32,298 nucleotides of DNA from a virus (lineage: Duplodnaviria; Caudoviricetes), in IMG/VR virus record IMGVR_UViG_3300037462_000297, positions 1-32,298 of that record. One strand, 5' to 3'. Below the pieces are notes generated by a model, which saw only the letters and a list, made by a program, of their open reading frames with translations, was not told where the DNA came from and did not search any database. Below are positions 18,356-27,975 of this stretch, one piece after another; the first letter of the stretch is position 1; every line of letters starts with the position of its first letter. The translations under genes were made by a program, and so were the position numbers.

Positions 18356-18833
18356 AGCCTATTTCGAGCAGATTGCTACGAAATATGTGCCGATTTCGCA
18401 CACTGAGGTAGTGCCTCGGTTTGTGATGATGAGCGTCGAAGAGGTTATCTCTAAGAATCGCAAAAACCTTTCATTCGCAGAGTGGACGCTTGTACTATTC
18501 AAGCCCCGATTCAAGCATCAAATAAATGATTCTCGACTCGCTCGGCTGGTATTTGAGGCGGGTTTCGAGATTATTAAAGAGAATCCACGCTCGGATGAAG
18601 GTGTCGTGGAGCTGCAAGATGAAGCTCTTGACTATTGCCTTGAGATTCTTGCCAAAATGTTGCGTGACAAAGAACGAGGCGAATTGCCCCTTGAAACTAT
18701 CGAAGAAAACTCGATAGACGGCGACCCAATCGAAAGCGAATTTGGCTCGTGCGTTGGGCATACTGTTACATTTACTTATTCGGTAGGATTCGCAAAATCA
18801 AAATACATAAACCCAATAAATTGGTTACCATGA
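18333..18833 (+). CDS. Hypothetical protein (tail terminator/completion candidate)
   Basis: 166 aa, acidic, predicted alpha/beta; overlaps both neighbours. Confidence 0.55.
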   Translation: MPKISQYKAYFEQIATKYVPISHTEVVPRFVMMSVEEVISKNRKNLSFAEWTLVLFKPRFKHQINDSRLARLVFEAGFEIIKENPRSDEGVVELQDEALDYCLEILAKMLRDKERGELPLETIEENSIDGDPIESEFGSCVGHTVTFTYSVGFAKSKYINPINWLP

Positions 18834-19444
18834 AAAAAATCCTTTTTTTATTCTTGATGCCGTTGGCCACTATGGCTCAAAAATCAATCACGTTCGATAT
18901 CCCGAACGCTGCTATGCTCTATACACAGACTGTAAACGGAGCTAACATTGTAAAATCTTACCCGATAGCTACCGCAAGCTACACTTATCAGGCAGAGTTG
19001 AATCGTATTACGATTTATTCGGGCAATAGCCCTCGAATTACCGTTTTTTCGGGGTCGTTTTCAGAAATTACAGTTTCAGGAAAAACCAGCACTGGCGAGA
19101 AACTTGATGAACTGAATCAACGAATCGGCTCAAGCTCCAGCACAAACAATGTTTTTACACCGATTTTTACACAGGTTGTGAGCCGTAACAGCAGCTTCAT
19201 TGAGACAAGTAGCACTTATACAATTTCGTCTGAAGTACTATTCTATTCGGTTTGCAATGTTGGCCTTACGAATGCCACTGTCCGGGACAATAGCACCAAT
19301 ACCACCATGACGCTTTATCCCGGAATGTGTATCAGCGACCAAGTGCGTTATAGGCAAGATACCCAGCAAACAATTAAGGTGAATTCCGTATTTGTGAATG
19401 CCACCGGCACAACTTGTTCTATCCAATTTAAAAATCTTAACTGA
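18830..19444 (+). CDS. Signal-peptide-bearing, beta-rich hypothetical protein
   Basis: ATGA-coupled start gives MKKILFLFLMPLATMA|Q; S/T-rich. Confidence 0.75.
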   Translation: MKKILFLFLMPLATMAQKSITFDIPNAAMLYTQTVNGANIVKSYPIATASYTYQAELNRITIYSGNSPRITVFSGSFSEITVSGKTSTGEKLDELNQRIGSSSSTNNVFTPIFTQVVSRNSSFIETSSTYTISSEVLFYSVCNVGLTNATVRDNSTNTTMTLYPGMCISDQVRYRQDTQQTIKVNSVFVNATGTTCSIQFKNLN

Positions 19445-20103
19445 TGAAGAAACTAACAGATTTTCAAATTCAAAGAACCGCTTTGAGATATAATCTTGAA
19501 ACAGCAACGATTAAGGCGGTTTGTGAAGTTGAAAGCCCGAATGGCGGGTTTGACGACGAAAACAACTTAATATTTTTGTTTGAGCCGCATATTTTCTATC
19601 AAGAACTTTGCAAGGTTGTTCCTGAAGTTCGTGTGATTGAAATGATGAAGCAACATCCAACCATCTTGAGCAAAAAATGGAACAGAGCATTATACCCGCC
19701 GCTTATTAGGTTTACTAACAGAAAAATAGACTGGACCAGCACTATGAAACTGAGAAGAGAAGTTTTAAGTGTGGCAATAATTATTTGTGAAAGACTTAAA
19801 GTAAAAACAGAAATTGCCTATTTATCTGCTTCGTGGGGCATGTTTCAAATCATGGGATTCAATTATGAATTGGCGGGTTATCCTGATGTCGTGAGTATGG
19901 TTCATGATTATTTTGATGGCGAAGGTAAACAACTGAAGTCCTTCACAATCTTTTTGGATAAACGCAATTTGCTCGACGAATTGCAACGCAAAGACTGGGC
20001 ATCTTTTGCGAGAGGTTACAACGGCCCTCGGTATGCCGAAAATCAGTATGACACTAAGCTCAAACTGGCTTATGAGAAGCACTCACGCACACACACAACT
20101 TGA
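19444..20103 (+). CDS. Endolysin, N-acetylmuramidase (DUF3380-like)
   Basis: AVCEVES, LFEPH, SASWGMFQIMGFN and FARGYNG motifs. Confidence 0.9.
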   Translation: MKKLTDFQIQRTALRYNLETATIKAVCEVESPNGGFDDENNLIFLFEPHIFYQELCKVVPEVRVIEMMKQHPTILSKKWNRALYPPLIRFTNRKIDWTSTMKLRREVLSVAIIICERLKVKTEIAYLSASWGMFQIMGFNYELAGYPDVVSMVHDYFDGEGKQLKSFTIFLDKRNLLDELQRKDWASFARGYNGPRYAENQYDTKLKLAYEKHSRTHTT

Positions 20104-20104
20104 T

Positions 20105-20320
20105 ATGATTAAGGACACAATCCTGATGATTCTGCTAACTATTACGTTTAGCGGAATCGCCAAAGTCGTGGCTTTTCTGGCGGCTGTATTCACAATCTGG
20201 AATCAGTTTCAGCGAGCTAAGCACGACGTTATCGACTACCACAATGGTAGTTGGAAAGACTATTTTAGAAACTGGAAATCCACCAAAAAGAAACGAAAAA
20301 ATGGCAAGAAAGTACTTTAA
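20105..20320 (+). CDS. Holin-like small membrane protein
   Basis: Hydrophobic N-terminal half and strongly basic C-tail (KSTKKKRKNGKK); follows the endolysin. Confidence 0.6.
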   Translation: MIKDTILMILLTITFSGIAKVVAFLAAVFTIWNQFQRAKHDVIDYHNGSWKDYFRNWKSTKKKRKNGKKVL

Positions 20321-20537
20321 ATGGGTCCCTGATGATGTTTGGGCAATCATTTACATAATCAAGTCGGTATTCGACTGGATTACTCGCGGGCTTGGCTTGG
20401 GCATGGCCGCACAGGCAGAAATGCCTCAGTTAGATATTTCATCACATATCTCACCCAAATTTTTGATTATCAGCGTTGTAATCAATTTTGTATTGTACGG
20501 TTTAGCTAAAATTCACAAAACAGACAGCTTAGAATGA
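20301..20537 (+). CDS. Second small membrane protein (holin/antiholin candidate)
   Basis: Two hydrophobic segments; overlaps both neighbours. Confidence 0.55.
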   Translation: MARKYFKWVPDDVWAIIYIIKSVFDWITRGLGLGMAAQAEMPQLDISSHISPKFLIISVVINFVLYGLAKIHKTDSLE

Positions 20538-22789
20538 AAATCAAACACTTTTTTTCGATTTTTTTGTGCTTGATAGCTGCTACGCTTAATGCACAGATAA
20601 CCATTACCCCGAGGGGTGTTTCGGGCAATACTTTTTCGAGTATTACAACAGCCCAAGATTCTTATTTTAACACAATCCGGGTTGGAACTGGCGTTGGTAA
20701 TAACCCTTTTAATGTTGTGGTTGGTACTAATTTTACCCTTGCAGCAAACAATTCTGATGCGGGCGGAAATGTGGCAATATCGCACGGAGCTTTGCAAAGG
20801 AATACTTCAGGAGTCTCAAACTTATCTGTCGGAGTTATATCAAGCAATTTTAATACAACAGGCTCTTACAATACCATTTTTGGTTCGGCGGCTTTCTATT
20901 TTAATACGACTGGTTCATTCAATACTGCAATCGGCCGGTGGGCATTGTATAATTCACGGGGCAATAGAAATATTGCACTGGGTAATAACGCTGGTTACTC
21001 AATTACAAACGGCTCAAACAATGTGCTTATTGGAGGTAACAACGGTAGTCGAATAGCTAATCGCAGCAATGTTATGCTATTTTCGGACGGTCTTGGCAAT
21101 GAAAGGTTTGCCGTCGATTCGCTCGGCAATATGTCTATTGCTACAACGCAGGCACCTGACCGGCTAAATGTCCGAGGAAGAATATACAGTTTTGGCCCTA
21201 CTGGTGGTTTAAGGCTCGGCGACCGGACTGATACGACTCGCATCTGGACACTGTCAAGCTACAATACACAAAAGTTGACTATTGACAAAAATTTTGGTGG
21301 TGGCTCATCATCGCCGCTCGTTATAGACGGAACTACGGGGTTTGTAGGGCTGAACCAACCATCGCCAACCGCACAACTTGATGTGCTTGGCAATGGACGT
21401 TTTTTTGGCGGCTCGCTGACCGTTACTCCTTTTTTTGGAGTGGGCGGAGCTGTCAATTTTCGGTCGTCGTCATCTACTTCTGATTTTTCAAATTTTTTTA
21501 ATTCTTGGACAGGGTTCGGAGCAGCTCGTAAGCTAAGATTTAGTTACCAACACAAAAACCCTGAAGATGCGTTTGCGGCCGAAAATGCCGTAATGGAAAT
21601 ACAAGGTTCGAATCTTGAATTCTTAGGAAATACAAGATTCCCAAACAGCTTGACGATTCCGCTCAATGCGGCGGCAGGAAGATTGCTTCAATCAGATGGC
21701 TCAGGTAATGCGAGCTGGTGGACGCCGAACTATGGAGTTTTAGGTTCATCAAATATTTGGTCTGCAAGTAACACGTTTTCTGGAGGTGTAACTACTAATC
21801 AGATATCAATAAACGGCACGGCTGGTGCTGGTTTTGTGTCTTTTGTTCCTCAATCCTCGAATCCTGCTGCTCCTGCAAGTGGATTTAGGCAGTTTGCTAA
21901 TTCATCGGGCTTGTTTAGTTGGATTGGCTCAAATGGATTTGTGAGAACCTTTGATGCGAGTTCAATTACTGGTAATGTAACTTGGATAATGCCCAATTCG
22001 AGTGGTTCGGTGCCACTACTCTCAACTTCAAACACTTGGACTTCAAGCAATACGTTTCAGCAAGGGGTAAATCTTGCAACAGTAGCTGGAAACGTAGGAA
22101 TTGGAACGGCTTTACCTAATGTGCGGACAGAAATTGCTGGTTCAGAAAACAATGTTTCGTTACGAGTTACAAGCAATAATGCAGGTGCCTCTTCTTTGAA
22201 TTATTCAGAAATACAGTTGGCTGACAATGGGTCGGTTAGGACTTATTGGAGGAATCTACGAGACGGGTCTGGGGCGACTATATTCAGTTACAATGACCAT
22301 ATTAGATTTTTGGCTGGAGAAACAGAAAGGTTAAGAATAACGAATGCTGGCAATGTAGGGATGGGTTTAAACAACCCGCAAGACAGGCTTAGTGTTGTAG
22401 GGGCAATAAGAAGCACCAATGACGCTTCTGCTGTCGGTTTTTACACAACTGGCGGATATAGGCACACAGGGCAAAATGGAGTTTGGTTAGATTTTAACAC
22501 GGGGGGAGCAAGCTCTTTTGTGCAATTTAGGAACGGCAGTGGATATACAGACGTAATGCGTATAGATGCCAACAACAACATCGGTATCGGCACAACAGCA
22601 CCGGCATCTAACACAATATTAGACATTAATTCCACAACACGGGCTGTACGGATTCCGCGAATGACCACGACGGAGATTAACGCAATTTCATCGCCATCGG
22701 CAGGTATGGTTGTCTATAATACGACACTGCAAAAACTTTGCTACCACAACGGAACAGGATGGCGACAGGTGACTGATACGGCCATGTAA
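20534..22789 (+). CDS. Tail fibre/adhesin-like repeat protein with N-terminal signal peptide
   Basis: MKIKHFFSIFLCLIAATLNA|Q; NTTGSxNTxxG repeats (YadA-head-like); repeated GNVG(I/M)G motifs; NxWxxSNTF repeats; C-terminal IPRMTT...GMVVYNTT...YHNGTGW. Confidence 0.75.
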   Translation: MKIKHFFSIFLCLIAATLNAQITITPRGVSGNTFSSITTAQDSYFNTIRVGTGVGNNPFNVVVGTNFTLAANNSDAGGNVAISHGALQRNTSGVSNLSVGVISSNFNTTGSYNTIFGSAAFYFNTTGSFNTAIGRWALYNSRGNRNIALGNNAGYSITNGSNNVLIGGNNGSRIANRSNVMLFSDGLGNERFAVDSLGNMSIATTQAPDRLNVRGRIYSFGPTGGLRLGDRTDTTRIWTLSSYNTQKLTIDKNFGGGSSSPLVIDGTTGFVGLNQPSPTAQLDVLGNGRFFGGSLTVTPFFGVGGAVNFRSSSSTSDFSNFFNSWTGFGAARKLRFSYQHKNPEDAFAAENAVMEIQGSNLEFLGNTRFPNSLTIPLNAAAGRLLQSDGSGNASWWTPNYGVLGSSNIWSASNTFSGGVTTNQISINGTAGAGFVSFVPQSSNPAAPASGFRQFANSSGLFSWIGSNGFVRTFDASSITGNVTWIMPNSSGSVPLLSTSNTWTSSNTFQQGVNLATVAGNVGIGTALPNVRTEIAGSENNVSLRVTSNNAGASSLNYSEIQLADNGSVRTYWRNLRDGSGATIFSYNDHIRFLAGETERLRITNAGNVGMGLNNPQDRLSVVGAIRSTNDASAVGFYTTGGYRHTGQNGVWLDFNTGGASSFVQFRNGSGYTDVMRIDANNNIGIGTTAPASNTILDINSTTRAVRIPRMTTTEINAISSPSAGMVVYNTTLQKLCYHNGTGWRQVTDTAM

Positions 22790-22791
22790 CC

Positions 22792-22827
22792 TGTCCTTTC
22801 TTTGCTATTAAATTCATCACAACTTCA
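22792..22827 (+). promoter_or_regulatory. Candidate phage late promoter, copy 4
   Basis: TGTCCTTT-N20-CAACTTCA; ATG at 22841. Confidence 0.45.
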
Positions 22828-22840
22828 AAAAAAATCTAAC

Positions 22841-23272
22841 ATGAGAAAATTATTTAGTTTAGCTGCATCAATTATAATTATCGCAGTGGCAATTTATCAA
22901 AGAATTGAAATCAACAAGCTCGAAAAAACTAACTCAATCAATCAAGGCAGAATTGAGCTGCTTGAAAAATACAAAACTGATTGCTCAGACGAAAAAAACG
23001 CTTTAGCAATCAAATTGTCCGAAACCGAAGCAATGCTCAGCAATGCTAATGTTTCATTAACTCGTCTAAAAAATCAAATCTCACACAATGAAAAATCCTT
23101 CAAAATTCAAAAAGATGCTGATTTGCTTCAGCTTAGCGTTGATTTGCTCCCTGAGCATGAACGCAACCGCCTTTTCGAGCAGCTCGAAAAATACGACGAC
23201 CTCGATGAAGCCAACGCCCATATTCGTCGATTCATCGAAGATTACCGGCAAAAAAACAAACCTAATAATTGA
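22841..23272 (+). CDS. Inner-membrane spanin-like protein (N-terminal TM plus coiled coil)
   Basis: MRKLFSLAASIIIIAVAIY followed by heptad-rich sequence. Confidence 0.6.
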   Translation: MRKLFSLAASIIIIAVAIYQRIEINKLEKTNSINQGRIELLEKYKTDCSDEKNALAIKLSETEAMLSNANVSLTRLKNQISHNEKSFKIQKDADLLQLSVDLLPEHERNRLFEQLEKYDDLDEANAHIRRFIEDYRQKNKPNN

Positions 23273-23573
23273 GTGTAGCCGCTACAAGCAGCTCTATGAA
23301 AATTGCTCAAGCTACAACCGCTCACTTGACTCACTCTTGAGTATATCGGATTTATCAAGCGAGCAAAAAATCCGTGAAATATCAAATCTAAAAACCGATA
23401 ATTTCATCTCGAAAAAGCAGGTGCAGCAGCTTCAGGATTTTCAAAAAAATACCGTCGTACCATTTTATCAGGATGAGCTAAAAAAAGCAAAAAAAACGGG
23501 TAGGCGACAGGGTAGATTACAAGTTTTGCTGGGTGCGGTTGCCGCCGCAGTGGGGTATTTTTTTATGAAATAA
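23088..23573 (+). CDS. Overlapping spanin-partner-like protein
   Basis: Signal-like N-terminus (KKMLICFSLALICSLSMNATA), coiled coil and C-terminal hydrophobic anchor; 185-bp overlap in another frame. Confidence 0.55.
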   Translation: MKNPSKFKKMLICFSLALICSLSMNATAFSSSSKNTTTSMKPTPIFVDSSKITGKKTNLIIECSRYKQLYENCSSYNRSLDSLLSISDLSSEQKIREISNLKTDNFISKKQVQQLQDFQKNTVVPFYQDELKKAKKTGRRQGRLQVLLGAVAAAVGYFFMK

Positions 23574-23612
23574 CATCTTTTGCTCGCCCATCGGCGGGCA
23601 ATACTTGCTAAA

Positions 23613-24029
23613 ATGGCTGAAAAACTGATTCCGACCAATTTTTTTGAGGATTGGATGAAATCGACCGAAAGGATTATCGGCTCGATGATTAAGAAGAAAG
23701 GCGTAAAGGTCTCAGACCCCAGCCGTCAAAACATTCGCTTGCATTTACTAAATGCAACGGCGAATTACACCGAAATACGCATCTATTTCCGTGATTCGCT
23801 CCGAATGACTGATATGGGAGCGGGTAGGGGCTATCGAAAAGGGCAGCGAGTAGCAAGCATTCAAGATTTGAAAGATAACCGGCAACTGAAAGGAAGAAAA
23901 AGAAAGAAAATCACAAATAGACCTATTTACCGAAGAATATCCAATTTGCAAAAAATAGTAATACTGCGTGTAATCGAGGAGATTACCGACGAAGTGAAAA
24001 ACTCTTTTGAAAATGTCCACACAAACTGA
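23613..24029 (+). CDS. Basic neck/tail-completion-like protein
   Basis: FRDSLRMTDMGAGRG motif, K/R-rich; directly before the tape measure gene. Confidence 0.55.
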   Translation: MAEKLIPTNFFEDWMKSTERIIGSMIKKKGVKVSDPSRQNIRLHLLNATANYTEIRIYFRDSLRMTDMGAGRGYRKGQRVASIQDLKDNRQLKGRKRKKITNRPIYRRISNLQKIVILRVIEEITDEVKNSFENVHTN

Positions 24030-27000
24030 AAAATTACAGCTCATCGTCGGCCTTGATATGTCGCAAGGTGTTCGCGAATTAGGTATCTATCAGGAGCAGC
24101 TTGAGCAGCTCCGCCTGAAAATGGCTCAGACTGCCCGTGATACTAAGGAGTACACCGATATGCAAACTCAAATGCGTGCATTAAATGCACAAATTGCCAA
24201 AACTCGGGAAGAATACGGTCTTGCTGGCATGACTATAAAGGAGTTAAATCAATACGCTCGTGAATTAAAAAATCAAGTAAACAATATTTTCACTGCTGGC
24301 ACCCCTCAGTGGATTGAAGCTCGCAAAAAGCTCGACGAAGTCAATAAGGCAATCCGTGATAACATTACGGGTAGCAAGCTATATCGGCAAGAGATTGCTG
24401 ATGCGGTGAAAGCAAACGGCATCAAAGGACTATCGCTCGACCAGCTTCGTAAGTATTACAAGCAGCTATCTGAAGATATTGAGCAAGAAGCCGATTTTGA
24501 ATCCGAAATCAACAAACGGCGAATTGCCGAAGCAAAAGAGGTTGAGAACCTTATCGAATCTCGCAAGGCAAATATCAAAGGTACTGAGAGCTTGTTATCA
24601 CAACTTAAAGGGCAATTCCCAGCGGCACTCGCCGGTGGTGTGGCTGGTGCATTAGTAGGCATCGGAACGGAGGCCGCAAGTCGTATCTTGGATACAATCA
24701 TGCAGAAATTTGAGGAAGGTATCAAATTCATCAAAAAAAGGGCCCGTGAAGTTTCTGAGATTGAAACGACTCTAACCGTTGATACATTCACGGCATCGAA
24801 AATCTACGGCGATTTGGGCAAAATAGACACTCAAAGACCTCGTGAAGAACTCAAAGAATTGGTTTTGGTAGCAGGGGATTTGAACATAGCTGCTAAGGAT
24901 GTTCAGGAGTTTGTCAAGCAAGCCGACAAAATTGAAGTAGCTTTTTCTCGTGATTTCGGCGGAGTTGGTGATGCCACCACGCAAGTAATCAAACTCAAAG
25001 AAACCTTCAAAGAAACCCGTGATTTGAAGTTTGATGAGTCAATCGCCAAAATTGGCTCGACTATCAAACGACTCAATGAAGATGGTCCGGCGACGACAAA
25101 AGGTATTACCGAGTTTGTCGCTCGTATCGGTCAGCTCCCCGATGCTCTCAAGCCCGCAATGACCGAAACGGCAGCGTTTGCGGCTGTATTCGAGGAAGCC
25201 AACCTAACCGCCGAAATATCAAGCGGTGGGGTTTCTAATATCTTACTGACTGCCTCGAAAAATGCCGAAGTTTTCGCCAAATTCTTCAAAATGGGGCGTG
25301 AAGAGTTTTTGCAACTGCTCACGACAAATCCAACTGGATTTTTGACCCAGCTCGCCGAGCGGGTGAAAGGCTTAGACGAAACGAAAATCGGTGATTTATT
25401 CAAAACGCTCAAGATAGAATCGCAGGAGTCGGTTAAGGTAGTGGGTGTACTTTCGGATAATCTTGATAAGTTTCGAGCAAAAGAAGCCGTAGCCAACGAG
25501 GCTTTTGCGAAAGGTACTCGTATTGATGAAATATTTAAGGTTTTCAACAACGATTCGGCGGCTGAAATCGCAAAAGCTGAAAAGAAAATTGAGAATTTCA
25601 CCAATAAAATTTCGGGTTTCTTTGGTACTTTGGGGGTTTCTTTGGTTACAAGTTTTGCTCAGCTTTTACCTAATGTTGAATCAAATCTTGAGAATGTTAC
25701 TAAAAAGTTTGAGCAGCAAGAAAAGGTTGTCAATGCTCTTGATAGTGATGTACAAAAACACATCAATACCATCAAAGATTTCAATCAATACGGTCACGCT
25801 TCGGGAATTACTCAAGATGAACTAAGAGAGGCAATTGATGCAGTTGCAGGGGCTATTCCTACCGCAATTTCAAAATTTGATGAATACGGCAGAGCATTAG
25901 ACATTAATACGGCCAAAGCTGAGCAAAATATTTTGAAGCAAAGAGAGGCGTTGAGACAACTTAGAGCAGACGCAATTCTATCAAATGAGCAATCACTCGA
26001 ATCTCTAAAATCACAGCAAAAAAGTATTCAAGCACAGCTTAATTCTGGAGTTAAACAAGTACTTACAGATAGAAGAAATGGTGTAGTCGAAGATATTAAG
26101 CTAACTGCTGATGAAATATTAAAATTGCAGGCAAGGCTACAACAGATACAGGGGACTGGAAAAGTAGATAATACTGGAAAAAAAGACAAAGGTGATATTG
26201 GTGCTGTAGAACAACAATTACGGTTTTTGCGAGGTGAACCTTCTATTGACGATAGAAGGAATGAGCGTCGAACTAATAATCCTATAAGTTCAAGCTCAAC
26301 ATCACAATTTGGCTCAACAATACCCAGCGACGGCACTGGTGAACAAAAACTTGATAAGCTGAAAGAACAAATCGCTAAAGAAATTCAGATTATATCTGAA
26401 GGTGTTTTTGAGCGTGATTTAATTCTTGCTAAGGAAGAAGACAAACGAATTCTGCAAGCAGAGCGAAAGGCTCAGCGTGACGAAGCTACGGCAAAAAAAG
26501 AAATCGAGGATAAAACTCGATTGGCAGTTAGGCTCAAGCAGATTCAAGAAAACCTCGAAGCTGAAGTAACCTCCATTCGGGCAGATTTTGCCGATAAGCG
26601 TGAAAAGCAGGTGCAAGATGGCATTTTACGAGCTAATCAGCTTGCTCAGCAGCAAGCTACCGAGCAACTACGCCGTGAGGTCGAGCTAGCTGAGGCAAGC
26701 TCAGCCGACGCCCTGACTATCTACAACAAGAAGTATGCTCTTAATGAGCAGCTCCGAAAAAACGAGCTGGACAATATTGCAGAAAAATACCGCAAGGAGC
26801 AGGATTTATTGAAAGATAACGCAGAAGCTCTCAAGATTTCGGAGGAGAATTTTCAGAAGGAAATAGCAGCTATCAAGGCTAAGTATATTTCGCTAAATGA
26901 TGTGCTTTTTGCGGCTCTGCTCAAATCTACAAAAGACAAAACGAGCAAGGATGAATCGGCTCGACGTAAAGCTCTCGTAGAATCTGCACAGCTCGACTTA

Positions 27001-27975
27001 ACTGATGCGGAGCGGAGCGGAAAAGGCGTTTTTGATGCTCGTAAGGCTCTTATTGATGCTCAGCTAAGCTACGAGCTTGCTCAAACTGACCTCACAGAGC
27101 TTGAAAAATTAAACATACAGCGTAAGTATGCTGATGCTCGAAAAGAAGCTGAAATAGCCCGAATTCAGGAAGTTACCCAAATGGCTACCGACCTGTTTGG
27201 TCGAGCATTTTCGAGTATTTCAGGTTTGTATTCGGCACGCCTCAAGCGTGAGGAGCAAGAAGAAAACCAACGATTTGAGAAAGTCAGTGAACAGCTTGAG
27301 CGACAAAAAGACCAGGGAATTTTGACCGATGCAAAATACAAGCAGGCCAAAATGGCCAGCGAAAAACAGCACGACAAATTAGTTTCGGAAAACCGCCGCA
27401 AACAAGCTGGTATTGACAAGGCAAACAACATCGTATCGGCGATTATGAATACAGCCGTAGCTGTAACTCAAGCATTGCCAAATATTCCACTTGCTTACGC
27501 CATCGGTGCCTTGGGGGCTTTAGAAGTCGCCACGATTGCAGCACAACCTTTGCCGAGCCTCAAGGTTGGGGGAGATACAAACAAAATTATTGAGATGTTC
27601 CGCCCGGCTCGTGTAGATGCCGATGGTGGTTTTTTGGCTATCAACCACCCCAACGAGTACATGGTTAGTTCGGAGGTACGCAATACGCCATTTTTTGCGG
27701 CGGTCGAGCCGATTTTGGAATCTATGCGAATGGGTTCACCAACTCCGAGCTTTACACCTCAATACTCAGGTGGTGGCAGTAGTGCCGTAACTGCTGCAAT
27801 GCCGCAAATCACTAATAATATTACAGGTTTGGATAGACTGATTCCGGTAATTGAGAAACTTGACCGAAAACTTGATAATCTGAGGGTTTACCTCGGAGGT
27901 GAAGATTTTGATGAAATTCGTGACGGATTAAGTGATATTGCTGAACAAAATAGAGAATCAATAATTACATCGTAA
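24013..27975 (+). CDS. Tail tape measure protein
   Basis: About 1320 aa, helical/coiled-coil, with hydrophobic Ala/Gly patches and a TP901-like core (ITEFVARIG...AAFAAVF). Confidence 0.9.
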   Translation: MSTQTEKLQLIVGLDMSQGVRELGIYQEQLEQLRLKMAQTARDTKEYTDMQTQMRALNAQIAKTREEYGLAGMTIKELNQYARELKNQVNNIFTAGTPQWIEARKKLDEVNKAIRDNITGSKLYRQEIADAVKANGIKGLSLDQLRKYYKQLSEDIEQEADFESEINKRRIAEAKEVENLIESRKANIKGTESLLSQLKGQFPAALAGGVAGALVGIGTEAASRILDTIMQKFEEGIKFIKKRAREVSEIETTLTVDTFTASKIYGDLGKIDTQRPREELKELVLVAGDLNIAAKDVQEFVKQADKIEVAFSRDFGGVGDATTQVIKLKETFKETRDLKFDESIAKIGSTIKRLNEDGPATTKGITEFVARIGQLPDALKPAMTETAAFAAVFEEANLTAEISSGGVSNILLTASKNAEVFAKFFKMGREEFLQLLTTNPTGFLTQLAERVKGLDETKIGDLFKTLKIESQESVKVVGVLSDNLDKFRAKEAVANEAFAKGTRIDEIFKVFNNDSAAEIAKAEKKIENFTNKISGFFGTLGVSLVTSFAQLLPNVESNLENVTKKFEQQEKVVNALDSDVQKHINTIKDFNQYGHASGITQDELREAIDAVAGAIPTAISKFDEYGRALDINTAKAEQNILKQREALRQLRADAILSNEQSLESLKSQQKSIQAQLNSGVKQVLTDRRNGVVEDIKLTADEILKLQARLQQIQGTGKVDNTGKKDKGDIGAVEQQLRFLRGEPSIDDRRNERRTNNPISSSSTSQFGSTIPSDGTGEQKLDKLKEQIAKEIQIISEGVFERDLILAKEEDKRILQAERKAQRDEATAKKEIEDKTRLAVRLKQIQENLEAEVTSIRADFADKREKQVQDGILRANQLAQQQATEQLRREVELAEASSADALTIYNKKYALNEQLRKNELDNIAEKYRKEQDLLKDNAEALKISEENFQKEIAAIKAKYISLNDVLFAALLKSTKDKTSKDESARRKALVESAQLDLTDAERSGKGVFDARKALIDAQLSYELAQTDLTELEKLNIQRKYADARKEAEIARIQEVTQMATDLFGRAFSSISGLYSARLKREEQEENQRFEKVSEQLERQKDQGILTDAKYKQAKMASEKQHDKLVSENRRKQAGIDKANNIVSAIMNTAVAVTQALPNIPLAYAIGALGALEVATIAAQPLPSLKVGGDTNKIIEMFRPARVDADGGFLAINHPNEYMVSSEVRNTPFFAAVEPILESMRMGSPTPSFTPQYSGGGSSAVTAAMPQITNNITGLDRLIPVIEKLDRKLDNLRVYLGGEDFDEIRDGLSDIAEQNRESIITS

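Noticed and set aside
20534-22789. Diversity-generating retroelement or invertase shufflon acting on the fibre gene
   Set aside because: No reverse transcriptase, adenine-mismatched TR/VR pair or adjacent invertase was seen; the repeats are at protein level only
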